A stretch of 64,000 nucleotides of DNA from Octopus vulgaris (GCA_951406725.2 OX597821.1:97402001-97466000), one strand, 5' to 3'; counted from the first letter of the stretch, positions 32,020 to 44,899 are shown. Notes: generated by a model from the letters alone, not told the origin. A program made the numbers and translations.

Positions 32020-32403
32020 GTGATGGTCATTTAGAAAAAGCGCGGGCTAAAACTACGCTCCTTCACTAGTCAGTTAAGGTGAGACAGTGTCATGTGACAA
32101 CTTGCTGGGGCTGCCTGCTGGAGCCTAGCGACAGGTATTTAAAGGGAAAATTTGACAAGACAGTCAGTCACCAGCTGACACTCGCTGATGATACATCGAA
32201 GAGGCCAGGGAACAGAAGAAAGAAGACATGCACCCAACACCAGAGCTGAAGACACCTCCGAAAGGAGGGGGGGCCACCACGTCAAAACGGTAGAGGAGTA
32301 GGGGCCAGAACCGGACGTGGTTCCTCCTGATGATGTCTTGAACTAACTGGATCCTATAAAGGAGCTGTTGTGGTAGCAGACCACGAAATACGGTTGTAAT
32401 TCC
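32020..32403. mobile_element. GC-rich, possibly LTR-like insertion splitting a Nin-domain SINE
   Basis: SINE head at 31957-32018 resumes at ~32404 (ttccgagttcaaattc); the insert keeps CpGs and contains tatttaaa. No clear TSD or TG..CA pair. Confidence 0.45.
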
Positions 32404-33567
32404 TTCCGAGTTCAAATTCTACTGAGATCAACTTTACCTTTCAGAACTTTACTTTTCAGGGGCGATAACATAGTTACCAGTTGAACTCTGGGGTTGATGT
32501 ACTCAACTTAATCCTTCCTCTGAAATGCCAGTCTTGTGTCAAACTCTGAAACCATTATTATTATTGTGATGATTATCATTGTTATTAGTATTATTATTAT
32601 GTGCACAGAGACAGGTATGTGTATGTGTGTACACATACATGCATGCCTACAAACATACATACATCAGTACACATATACACATATATACCACATACAGATG
32701 GACAAACAGACTGTCTGATACAACTAAGCAGACAGACAGATCTGTAGGCAAGTAGGCAGACAAACAGTCTGAGACACTAGCAATCAGAGAAACCAAAACC
32801 AACAACTTAAGTATACTAAAACAAGAATACAAGAAAAAAAATTCAAAACAAAACTCATGAGCTCAAGAAGCTGAACACTGAGAATTATGATAGAAGTATG
32901 TTGTGTAGAATACAGTATAGAGAGGCTATGGTATATAAAACAGTCTTGCACCATTCTGCAGTATGACAGAATATTTCACTAATCAGAGCTCTGTATACTG
33001 AATTTCTTTAATATCGATCTATTATCTCATTTGAGCTCATTTTTCCATTTTAACACATAGGTTTATAGTAACTTGGTCAAATTCAATATGGTGTTTCCTT
33101 TCAATTTGTATCGCTAGCCTGAAGTTCAGTTTTTAGCTTTGATTTCTCTTATTTTCTCCCTTTATTTCCGATCAATAACAGCTTAGACCATTAAAAGCCT
33201 GTAATATGTATAATATTGTATGTGCATGTACGTGAAGTGTATATACACTAATACCCTTGTGAGTAGAATTTGAACTGTATGTATAGGTGAGCCTCTGCAT
33301 AAAGTATAAAATATGCAACAGTGTTAAGGTTTATTAAATACACACACTCACACACACATGTATGTATGTATGTATGTATGTATGTATGTATGAATGTATG
33401 TATGTATGTATACATGTATGTATGTATGTATACATGTATGTATGTATGTATGTATGTATGTATGTATGTATGTATGTATGTATGTATACATGTCTGTATG
33501 TATGTATGTATGTATGTATGTATGTATGTGTATGTATATGCATATAGATATAGATAGACAGTATATA

Positions 33568-34100
33568 CGAGGTCTGATCAAAAACTATTGGGACTGGTGC
33601 TATAAAAAGAAAACTACAATACATATCAATTTTGGATTTAATCTCCTTTGAAATAGATTCCTTCTGAAGCCACACACTTTATCCAGTGTCGTTTCAATTG
33701 ATGGAAGCATTCCTGGAACTCCTCATTTTCGTGGATAGTGAACAGCTGCCTCGTTGCATTCTCTTGAATTTTCTTATCATCATGAAATCTTGTTGGATTC
33801 TTCCACTGTGAAGATTGCGTCCTGGTTTTAGGGGTCATAGCCATAGACCCACGATTCATCACCTGTTACAACTGTTTTCAAAACGTTTTCATCTTCCTCG
33901 ATAAAACCCAATCAATTTTTTTTAAGATGACCACACTCTATACATTTAATTCCTTACACTTCTATAAACAAGGGAAGTGAATAAGAACATTATAACTCCG
34001 TGTGCATGCATGGCAGGAGTTCAATGTCAATCTGTACCAAGCAACTTCACTATGTGTACTTTAGCTTTATTACCATAGAAACAGTCCTGATCAGACCTCA
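33568..34100 (-). mobile_element. Internally deleted mariner element
   Basis: TA-cgaggtctgatca..tgatcagacctca-TA termini; minus-strand transposase remnants PKTRTQSSQW and C-terminal FQECFHQLKRHWIKCVASEGIYFKGD. Confidence 0.85.
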
Positions 34101-34102
34101 TA

Positions 34103-34358
34103 TCATCATCATCATCATCATCATCATCGTTTAACGTCCGTTCTCCATGCTAGCATGGGTTGGACGGTTCGACAGGGGATCTGGGAAGCCAGAAGGCTGC
34201 ACCAGGCTCCAGTCTTATCTGGCAATGTTTCTACAGCTGGATGCCCTTCCTAACGCCAACCACTCCGTGAGTGTAGTGGGTGCTTTTTACGTGCCACCTG
34301 CACAGGTGCCAGGCGAAGCTGGCAACAGCCATGGTTGGATTGGTGTATTTTACGTGCT
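34103..34358 (-). mobile_element. 3'-UTR copy of an RTE-type retroposon with (GAT)n tail
   Basis: catcgtttaacgtccg..catgctagcatggg..ggatgcccttcctaacgccaacc; other copies at 24868, 40428, 41020, 52801 and 55411. Confidence 0.8.
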
Positions 34359-34452
34359 ATTAAAAGGGATGTAGCCTTTTTCTCTACAGAAAAAAACTCC
34401 ATCAGGAATTGTGGCAGCATATTAAAAGAACCTTTACGGTTAAAAATTATAA

Positions 34453-34618
34453 ATATCTTATAAGCAAGGGCTAAAGAAAGTTTTTCTAAAGCCAATATAC
34501 TGAAATCCACGTTTAATCTACTAAAATTCAGTTCAACTTTCTGTAGCAAGTAGATTAAACGTGGATTTCAGTATATTGGCTTTAGAAAAACTTTCTTTAG
34601 CCCTTGCTTATAAGATAT
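34453..34618. repeat. Perfect 70-bp inverted repeat, 26-bp spacer
   Basis: 34453-34522 is the exact reverse complement of 34549-34618. Confidence 0.95.
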
Positions 34619-34640
34619 ATATATATATATATATATATGA

Positions 34641-35540
34641 GGTCTCATCCAGCTGTCACAATTTGGATTTCTTCCCAACTCCAGCTGCTGTAATCAATTC
34701 ATTGGGTTTCTTGAGGACATTACCTGGATCACTAATGGCAGCTCTTGGGTGGATGTTGTTTACCTGGATTTTGCTAAGGCTTTTAATTCTGTGCCACACA
34801 AAAGACTTATGGTGAAACTCTCTGCATTGGGCATAAGAGATGATCTCTATAACTGGTTGAAGTTCTTCGTTATTGGCCGAAAAGAGGTTGTCACAGTTCT
34901 AGCACAGCACTCTTCACCCTTTGAGATGACATCTGGTGTACCACAGGGATCTGTTCTTGGCCCCCTTCTATTTGTTGCATATGTTAATGACATAGATGCC
35001 AACTTAAAGAATGCCACAATGCTGAAATATACAGATGACATCAAGCTGTACCTCGAAATAAAGAGGTCAGATCCTATACACTATGGATCTCTATTGCAAT
35101 CAGACCTGGACACAATGCAGCAGTGGATCTTGGACTGGCAACTCAAGCTGGCTGTGGACAAATGTACCACCATGCATTTTGGGAGGAAAAACCCAGCATC
35201 TACTTACTCCCTCCGCAACACTAATCTCAAAAAGTCTTCTTGTGAACGTGACCTGGGCATTATTGTTGACAAAGATTTGCATTGGACAAAACACATTGCT
35301 AAAATTGCCAAGAAGGCTGAGGGTGTCTTAGCATCACTCACCAAGTCCTTTGTGAGCAGCTCTCCGGCTATCTATCTGCGGCTTTATATAGCTATGGTGC
35401 GACCTCACCTGGAATTTGCATCACCGGTCTGGAACCCCTATCTTGCCCAGGATATTAATCGTCTGGAAACCGTTCAGCGAGGTGCACCCATGAGAATACC
35501 CTCCATCAGGAATTGGCCATATTCTGAATGGTATTATTAA
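34641..35540 (+). mobile_element. CR1-group LINE reverse transcriptase fragment, open frame of ~300 codons
   Basis: QFGF..SC..VDVVYLDFAKAFNSVPH, SGVPQGSVLGPLLF, YTDDIKLY, ERDLGI, LY.AMVRPHLEFASPVWNP; truncated at both ends. Confidence 0.93.
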
Positions 35541-35613
35541 TTTTTCTACCAGGACATGAACTCTGGAAACAGCCATAGAAAGTGGACCTCCTCGAACTGT
35601 ATTATATACATTA

Positions 35614-36010
35614 CTAGCAGTATCGCCCGGCGTTGCTCGGGTTTGTAAGGGAAATAACTATATAAGCATTTTTAGAGATGTAAAGTATAATAGCCATCTC
35701 AATATGGCTAACCACAAAGGTGGGGTGTTATTGTAGCTTTTTACGTTCTGAGATTTAATAATACATTTTTAGAGAGTTACTTCCCTTATATAATAGCAAA
35801 AAAATGCATTAAAAATGGGAAAAAATGATGGTAAATTTTTTTTTTAATCATAGACTCATCGTAGATGCACGCTAATACCCAGAAGGGCTGGATATGAATC
35901 ATGACTATAAGATACCCGCTTTTGGTTAAACTGCACCGCAAAATGTGGGAGTAGTTAGGAATCTGAATCATAGGAGACAGACACCACACAACTTCACTTT
36001 TATATATACA
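35614..36010 (-). mobile_element. Non-autonomous Helitron
   Basis: Minus strand ends with hairpin cccgagcaacgccggg then CTAG|T; near-identical to 58155-58454 plus ~95 bp between catttttagaga direct repeats. Confidence 0.85.
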
Positions 36011-38337
36011 TTATATACTATTTATATATTTTTAAAAAATACATCGAACTCTTTTAATTGAAACTCTTAACAGCTCTTAATTTTAGTAAAAGAAAATTTT
36101 ATTAGTTCTCTTTTTCTCACACTTCCTTCCATATGTATACCACATTGGTTTTATTTACATGTATTTTTAATGTATATTTATATATATATTTATATTTTAT
36201 AAATATATTTTAAAATATTCATATGTGTTGATATGTATTAATATATGTATATGCATTTTAAGTCGAATTTATAACTGTATGACTATGATTGCCTAATTTG
36301 CATTTAGGCAATCAACCATGTAGTGGCCTCTCCATTTGGCTTATCAGTGCTCAAGAGATTGTAGCATGTAATGTTCTATGAAAGAACAAAATATCCACAT
36401 CTCATTAGTAATTAGCAATTGTCGTTATTGAAAAACCTCCATTATACTCTATCTTAAGAATTATTTGGTAAGATTTTGTGGGAATGGTTTAAACAAAGAC
36501 AATGTAAAATGCGGTATCCAAATTTTGTCAGTGAAGTATATTAAGTGGTGGGGATGCTAGTTATAGAAATCAATTTGGAAAGCTCAATCAATAAGTTGCT
36601 TTAATATTTATTTGGGTCAGATAGTTATTTGGATCCATAATAAGAATAAAAGATATTTCCAGGAGACTACCTAAATAGCTTTTGGGATTTGTTGAAAATA
36701 TCCAGTTCCTGTTATTCAAAGACTCATTAAAGGTTTATTCTGGAATAATGAAGAAGGTTTTTGTGCAAAAACCATGAGACTGAACAAAGTGAAGAAGCAA
36801 TATTGGATTATAAAGTTCATAGAAACGGAGAGCTTTATTCTTAGAAATCAACAAGAAAAATCAATCGACCTTCTGGCACTGATATGAATTCTCTAGTAGA
36901 AGTTTTCAAGCCTTGCATACATGCATCATTATTATTGGTTTCTAATCAATCTTTCTATTGATGTTAGTGAGACAGATCTCTGAATAGTTACGGCTGACTG
37001 ATAGAATTAATCATTTCTTTTTAACTGTAGGATTTTATGCTCTATCATAAGAGTATTGACACCTCTCACTTGCAATGTTCTCTGTTCCATATGCTGGCTG
37101 TACCCTATGGGACTATAACTTCTGTTAGAAGAAGGCACTGGCTAACCCTTCTGTTGCTAATTTTAGATGGAGGGATCAGTCAACTACTCTAAATTTAACT
37201 AGTAATTTATTTTAATCAACCCTGGACAGTTGAAAGTCACAGCATGCTTTGGTAGAATTCAGTCTCATATGGTAAAGCAACATAACTAAATACCACAAGA
37301 GATTTCAGCAACCACTTCAGGGATTGTACTATTGGTCACCTACCTTGTATCACCAACTATTCCAGAAGTGAGAAACCACTACTTTTGTTCAATCAATTTT
37401 GAAAACAATGAAGAACTTATCAAAATATTTTTGCCTTTATTAATCTGAAATGTTGATGCAAGATTTTGATTTAGATCTATTTAAAATTGGAAATTTGTAT
37501 CATAGAAGCAGGTCTGACCCTGGATAGATTGGTAACAAAAGGGTTAAGATGGTTGGGTAGCTGGGGTATTAACAGATATCATTGCTAAGAATTTGAAGCA
37601 AGAATATTCAAATACCCAATGGAAACAAATGAAACAAATGATAATAGTATTATAATCCCCTCTACAATTGGAACAAGGCCTGAAATTGTGGGGGAGGGGA
37701 TTAGTCAATTACATTGACCCCAGTGAGTAACTGATACTTATTTCACTGACCCTGAAAGGATGAAAGGCAAAGTCAACCTTAGTGGAATTTGAACTCAGAT
37801 GCCGCTAAACATTGCCTGGCATGCTAAAGATTCTGAAAGCTTGTTGCCTTAACAACAACAACAGCAACAGCAGCAGCAGCAGCAGCAACAACAACAACAA
37901 CAATAATAATTAACACGAACATATATAAACAGGAGATACAAATATTACGGGCATTTCCCCCACACACACACACACTAACTAAACATAGACGCGCATAGAG
38001 GTATACGCATACGCAAATGAAGACACATACAATAGAAATACAAAATACAAAATGGCTGATCGTTGGTAAGGAGAGACACACAAATAAGAAAGAAGAAAGC
38101 AAAAGGACTACTGATGCGGTCACAGGAGTGTGACGAAAGAACTCTGGCCGAAATAAGATTAAGATTAATGTAAAAAGTAAATAGCACTGAAGCAAAGTAA
38201 CACCAAATATATAGTGCGTGTGTTTTTATTGGCTAAACTGGCAAAATGACCATTCCTTAATACAATAATATCTGTTTCAACACATGATTTCACATCAAAA
38301 ATCTTGCAAAACAAATATATAAACATAATTATTATTA

Positions 38338-38396
<59 letters not shown>

Positions 38397-38898
38397 AATT
38401 TTGGCACAAGTTTGGGGGAGATGATAAGTCAATTGCATCAGCCCCAATGCTCAGCTGGTATTTATTTTATTGACTCAAAAAGGATGAAAACACTAGACAA
38501 CCTCAATGGCATCTGGACTCAGAACATAGAGACAGATCAAATGCTTTGCTGCTCTTTTTCTGGCATGCTAATGATTTCAAATTTTTGCAAAAGACCAGAA
38601 ATTTTAGGGGAAGAGGGTTAGTTAATTACATTGCCCTCACTACATCACTGGTACTTTATTTTACCAACCCCGAAAGGATAAAAGGCATAGTTGACCTCCA
38701 TGGGATTTGAACTCAGAGCATAAAGAGTTTGAAATATTTTGACTGTTGCACTAACTATTCTGCCAGCTTGTGAATAAAAGCGAAATTAAAAAGAAAAACA
38801 GTAACAAGGAAGCCAAGTATTGATGTTAAAAGGAGATTGGAGAATATATAATGGCCAACAGACCAATAGGAGGCCAAAGTGAGGATTAGAAGTTAACT

Positions 38899-39112
38899 AC
38901 ACACACACACACACACACACACATACACACATAACACACATAACACACGCATACACACACATAACACACACACACACATAACACACACACATACACACAC
39001 ACATAACACACACACACACATAACACACACACACATGCACACACACACACATAACACACAACACACACACACATAATACACACACACACATAACACACAC
39101 ACATACACACAC

Positions 39113-39154
<42 letters not shown>

Positions 39155-39211
39155 ACACACACACACATAACACACACACATAACACACACACACAAACAC
39201 ATAACACACAC

Positions 39212-39245
<34 letters not shown>

Positions 39246-39301
39246 ACACACACACATAACACACACACACACATAACACACACACACACACACACACACA
39301 C

Positions 39302-39380
<79 letters not shown>

Positions 39381-39383
39381 ACA
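38899..39383. repeat. (CA)n array with periodic TAA interruptions
   Basis: Direct reading. Confidence 0.95.
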
Positions 39384-39854
39384 ATGAAAATTATACTTGA
39401 AGATAAGATGAGATAGATCCCGTGAATTCTTTGTCAGTTTTCACCAATCAGAATACAATCAGAGCAGCTTTTATGACTCATACAAATTCATTTGCTTACC
39501 ATCTTCTGGATTAATACAGTGAAGATATTTCCTTTTTTTTTTCCCCCCTTTTTCCCACTCATTCTTTTACCTCCATCAAAAAAATTTAGATGACTTAAAT
39601 AAATAAATCAGCAAATCCTCAGGTCTTGCTTTTTGTTGTTTTTTTTTTCTTTCTTTTGAAGGAAGGGGTATTTTTCTTTTCTTTTGTGCACTAAAGAAGC
39701 ACCTCGAGATAATCTTCCATGTTTGGCCATCAAACAAACTACAATAATCCGCATTGCTAAGGCTCTCGCACTTGGCTTTTGATTTCATCCTATCTTTCAT
39801 TCTTGTCATAAACGCCAATGATTTGTTTTGGCCATCTCCACTGCTGCTGCCACA

Positions 39855-40240
39855 ACCAACCCTCACCTCCACCACAACCATCATCATCATCATCATTGTC
39901 ATTACCACCACTACCACCAACATCACTACCACTATCACCATCATCAATATCATCACTACCATCACCATCACCACCACCACCACCACCACCACTACTACCA
40001 TCATCATCACCATCACCATCACCACTACCATCATCATCACCACCATCACCACCACCACCACCACCACCACCACCACTACCATCATCATCACTGCCACCAC
40101 CACAACCACTACCATCAACACCATCATCGTTACCATCATCATAATCATGATCACCATCATCACTACTACTATCACCACCACCACCACCACCACCACTACC
40201 ACCATCATCATCAACAACAACAACAACAACGTCAGCAACA
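39855..40240. repeat. Compound CAC/CAT/TAC trinucleotide array
   Basis: Direct reading; source of the poly-H/T/V/P ORFs. Confidence 0.95.
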
Positions 40241-40427
40241 ATGTCAGTGCTGGAGTGCTGGACTGAGACAACCACAATATTTTAGTTGTTGTGTACTTTA
40301 CATTCTAAGTTCAAATCCCAGGGTCTATCAGATAAAATATCAGCTGCATACTGAGATTCAGCTAGTTAGATATACCTACTGCCTTATTCATAACTAGCAG
40401 ACATACCCGTTGCTCAGGATTTAAATG

Positions 40428-40775
40428 GCATCATCATCATCATCATCATCATCATCATTTAGCGTCTGCTTTCCATGCTAGCATGGGTTGGACAGTTCAT
40501 CTGGGGTCTGGGAAGCCAGAAGGCTGCACCAGGCCCAGTCTGATCTGGCAATGTTTCTACGGCTGGATGCCCTTCCTAACGCCAACCACTCTGTGAGTGT
40601 AGTAGGTGCTTTTTACGTGCCACCGGCACAGGTGCCAGACAGGGCTGGCAAATGGCCACAATCAGATGGTGCTATTTACGTGCCACCAGCACGGGGGCCA
40701 GGCAAGGCTGGCAATGGCCATGATCGGATGGTGCTTTTTGCGTGCCATCGGCACGGAGGCCCGTCGGGGCGGTGC
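40428..40775 (-). mobile_element. RTE-type 3'-UTR copy with three ~60-bp internal repeats
   Basis: (CAT)n, family core, then ggtgct(t/a)ttt(a/g)cgtgcca three times. Confidence 0.85.
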
Positions 40776-41019
40776 TACAGTTAAGCTGAAACATGTGATA
40801 TGGAGAAGTGCAGCATTGATGACAAAACATTTGTGGAGTAAATGAAGAGCAAATTCGACTAAGTGACATATCCTGCATCTGTTTGGAAGATTCCAGGACC
40901 TAACCTTGTTATGGAAAAGTGGGCGGAGGATATGTGATTTCTGAACACACCAAAAAGCTCTCCTTTGTAACTGTCGGCACTGCCACTACCACACTGAACA
41001 ATTAGCAGACATAGGAACT

Positions 41020-41351
41020 ACATCATCATCATCATCATCGTTTAGCATCCGTTTTCCATGCTAGCATGGGTTGAATGGTTCAACTGGGGTCTGGGAAGCC
41101 AGAAGGCTGCGCCAGGCCCAGTCTAATCTGGCTGTGTTTCTACAGCTGGATGCCCTTCCTAACACCAACCACTCCATGAGTGTAGTGGGTGCTTTTTACG
41201 TGCCACCTGCACAGGTGCCAGATGAGGCTGGCAAACGGCCACGATCGGATGGTACTTTTTACGTGCCACCGGCACGGGGGCCAGGCAAGGCTGGCAATGG
41301 CCACGATCGGATGGTGCTTTTTACGTGCCACCAGCACTGTGGCCCGTCAGG
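41020..41351 (-). mobile_element. RTE-type 3'-UTR copy
   Basis: Highly similar to 40428-40775 and ends at nearly the same point (ggcccgtc). Confidence 0.85.
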
Positions 41352-42131
41352 ACATGGTCTCTAACAAATGTGGTTGGGTAACATGACATTGGGTTGTTGA
41401 CATGGTTGGGAATCAATAGTCATGGCCCAACCGTGCACTCCTTTGTGTAAACATTATGAGGACAACTCAATTCCCAAATGAAAACAATTCTGTATGCAGC
41501 ATCCAGGCACGCAAGGCCACATTAAGGGCGTAGTCTCTAACTAATGTGCTAATGTCTTAGAAATCAAAAATTAGTAGGCTAATGTACATGAGATATTTCA
41601 GTTTTTATTCAATAGCTGAAGAATATTTGTATGGGCTTCATCTATGCTTAGAAGGAAGCCTTTAATACTAAAGCTAAAAGAAAATAGTTGAATAGTTGCA
41701 CAGAATTTAATATATTTTAGCATATTTTTCATAATAAATATGGTGCATTCCAAACAGTTTTTATTCGAACAAATTGCTACCTGTGGTACTACAGAGACAG
41801 GCTATTATTGCTACCACTCAGACAATGCAGTTTCAAGTCTACATCAGTTCATCCATTTAATACAACCTACTTATATCATTTCAGTAGCTGTTTTTTCTAG
41901 TTTGAACAGAAGCAATGCATGGACCATGAGGGCAGTCATACACACCCCGAGAAAGAGAGTTTTCTTCCCCCAGGGGCCCACTGTGCAACAAATTTCAGTT
42001 TCAAAAAATGTACAAGTTAAGTAAGACTTGTTTCTGTATCAAAAAATTGTCCTGATTCTGATTCTGACCTTTATATCTCCAGATTAGGCACCGTTTTCCT
42101 GTACCATGAACCATAAGTTTTATAATATACT

Positions 42132-42363
42132 TATTTCTTTATTACCCACAAGGGGCTAAACATAGAGGGGACGAACAAGGACAGACATAGGTATTAAGTC
42201 GATTACATCGACCCCAGTGCGTAACTGGTGCTTAATTTATCGACCCCGAAAGGATGAAAGGCAAAGTCGACCTCGGCGGGATTTGAACTCACAACGTAAC
42301 GGCAGACGAAATACTGCTTAGCATTTCGCCCGGCGCGCTAACGATTCTGCCAGCTCGCCGCCT
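42132..42363 (-). mobile_element. Young full-length Nin-domain SINE inserted in the transposon
   Basis: 15-bp TSD gttttataatatact at 42117-42131 and 42366-42380; CpGs intact. Confidence 0.92.
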
Positions 42364-42518
42364 ACGTTTTATAATATACTGCATAATATTGCGTATTGAA
42401 CACAACATTGCAAATACTGAAAGTTACGAAAAACAAAACAAAAATTTAGTTGATATAACAAAACATATATTGGTTATGAATTAAAAACACACCTGTCAGT
42501 TTAAACAACTTTTGTCCT

Positions 42519-44155
42519 TCAAAGCCTCCTGTGCCGAGTGTGATTTTCTTTTTTTATACCCCAGCAGTAGTCTGCCAACATGCCAGGGTTCCATTTTCCT
42601 TTGAATCGTTGCTCCATCACTGAAATATCCTGATGGAATCTTTCGCCATGATCATCACTCACATCACCAAGATTTTCCACAAAAAAATCCAAATGCGAGT
42701 GAAGCACATGAACTTTTTGAGACATGTTACATCCCATATCATGATAATGACTCAGCAGATCATTCACAACTTACACATAGTCTTCTGAACGATGGTTGCA
42801 CAGGAAGTTATCGCAAACTTTCTTGAATGACTCAAAGGCAAGCTTCTCTTTTCTCTTGAAATGTGTGATGAAGGTTTCATCAAGTACAATTTTTCGAATT
42901 TGGGAACCTATGGAGAAACCTTCTTTAATTTTAGCTTGACTCAGGGAAGGGAACTTTTATGCAAGATATGCAAATGCAGAGGATTCCTTGTCCAAGGCTT
43001 TCACAAATTGCTTAAACAAACCAAGTTTAATATGCAAAGGTTGTAAAAAAATTTTATCACTTTCCACAAGTGGTTTGTGCATGATGTTGTGTTTTCCTTG
43101 TTCAATTTTATCTTGGATCGGCCAATCCTTGCATACATAATTTTCAGCTCTTACTCTAGAATTCCATAAGCATAGGAAGCAGCAAAATTTAGTATAGCCA
43201 TGCTGAAGGCCAATAAGCATGGCCACAACCTTAAAATCTGCACAAATATTCCAGGTATGGTCATCATACTGTATGCATGTTAGAATTGCTTTCAGATTTT
43301 CATATGATTCTTTCATGGTTGTGCTATGAGAACAGAAGGCAGAGTGTTACCATTGTGTAGCAGAACAGCTTTGATGCTGTCCTTGGATGCATCTATGAAA
43401 AGTCGCCAGTTGGTTTTATCATATGGTATTTCCAGTTGCTCAAAAGGTTCAGTGATGTTATTACAAAAGTATAAGTCATCCTTCATAGTGAATAATGCAA
43501 GCAGATCCTCTGTACGTTTTCTGTACAGTGTTATATTCACTCCTTTCTCAAGAAGATTACGTTCTTGAAGCCTTGATGCCAGAAACTCACTTTTCTCTTT
43601 GGTTAAATAGAGATCCCTGCACAAGTAATTTAGAGCCTCTTGAGAAAATGGTATTGGTTTATTCTCGCTTTCTGGATCATCGGGTTCCACACATTCACCA
43701 CTGGAATGTTCATCAGCACTGCTGGAACTCTGCATTTCTTGATCTGGAGGTTTGGGCACAGGTAATTTTTCTGAGTGCTCTACCGGGTGCATTGCTGATT
43801 GCAAATTTGGGTAAACAATGTGTTTCTTTTTCTTTGCTGTAGTACAGCCTGTAATGTCATGGTGACAGAAATAGCAATCATTAAAGGGATCTTTCTGCTC
43901 ACGCCAAATCATTGGCACACCAAACTTCATGTGAACATTTTTTCCTGCATGCTAGGCACTCAATGTCTTCACACATGTAAGGAAACACACTTGAGGAGTC
44001 AATGACCTATCCTGGTCTCCTAAGTAACAATCGAAGTATGTCTTGTATATTTTCTTGATATGGCGTGTAATGCTGCACATTGCTATAGCAAAAGTCGGTT
44101 CCCCACAGATATAACAGAATCTGTTTGGATCATTTTTGCACTGTCTTGTACTCAT
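42519..44155 (-). pseudogene. Transposase pseudogene (Chapaev3-like)
   Basis: Collinear ORF pieces MSTRQCKNDPNRFCYICGE, FGVPMIWREQ..DCYFC, WRLFIDASK..KAVLLHNGN, ICADFKV..GYTKFCCFLCLW, LHIKLGL, KVHVLHSHLDFF..VSDDHGERFHQDI..MLADYCW; one in-frame stop (~43952) and frameshifts (~43315, ~42957). Confidence 0.88.
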
Positions 44156-44626
44156 TGTTGAAAACAAATAAGATCTGACAGATAAAAAATAACATTAAAC
44201 ACAAGCTTTGGATCACACTGCAGGTGTTACTAAGATTGTTTCCTAGCCCTGGGTTGAAACCCATTTTACAATGCGGTAGAGAATTTTATTTAATAATAAT
44301 GACAAAAATGGTACACAGTGACAATTCTGTAGAAACCATGTCTAATTCAACAAAAAGAAGGCCAGAAATGGATTTCCCATGTCATTTTGCATATAAAAAT
44401 GGCCACAGATCTCTTGTACTTTTTTGAGTGTTGCACAGTGGGCCCCATTACTCATTATGTGAAAAATTTTAAGACTCTAAAATCATTCCCGGAACATATG
44501 TAATGTGTGTTTCCAGTTTTCAGAAAATCAGTTGCAAACATCAGAAGTTGTGCAGGTTTACACACACGCACACCCACACATACACACACAAACATATCCT
44601 CACTTTTATATATATATGTATTTATT

Positions 44627-44691
<65 letters not shown>

Positions 44692-44899
44692 TAACACAAG
44701 TACGTCATCACAAGTAATGTCCCTTGAACCAACGAAGCAACCAAATTATACAATAGTTTGTATTGTTTACCCAGGAAAGGGAGTTTTCTGCCCTCAGGGG
44801 CCTCATTACTCATTATGTGAAAAATTTTAAGAGTCTAAAACCATTTCTGGAACAGAAGTAATGTATGTTTCCAGATTGTGAGTTTTAAATAGACAGATA

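Larger units (their letters stand above)
41979..44440 (-). mobile_element. Chapaev-like (CMC group) DNA transposon, full length, defective
   Basis: Perfect 12-bp TIRs cactgtgcaaca / tgttgcacagtg plus a second block tcaaaaaa(t)gtacaag; GGCC on both flanks; CAC..GTG termini; internal transposase. Confidence 0.85.
40394..44620 (-). mobile_element. Footprint of an older non-autonomous Helitron expanded by nested insertions
   Basis: a|ctagcagacatacccgttgctcagg at 40394 resembles the CTAG end of 35614/58155, and cacttttatatatata at ~44601 resembles their other end. Continuity between the two ends is inferred. Confidence 0.5.

Noticed and set aside
32226-32295. CTGAAGAC..GTCAAAAC hammerhead-like arrangement
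   Set aside because: The GAAA core is mutated and stem I does not pair.
39576-40397. Poly-His, poly-Thr, Gly/Asp and poly-Val ORFs
   Set aside because: A CAC/CAT trinucleotide array open in most frames, with no splice or start context; not evidence for a His-rich beak-type protein.
42290-42363. tRNA gene
   Set aside because: The A/B-box-like head runs into a SINE body flanked by a TSD; no cloverleaf 3' end.
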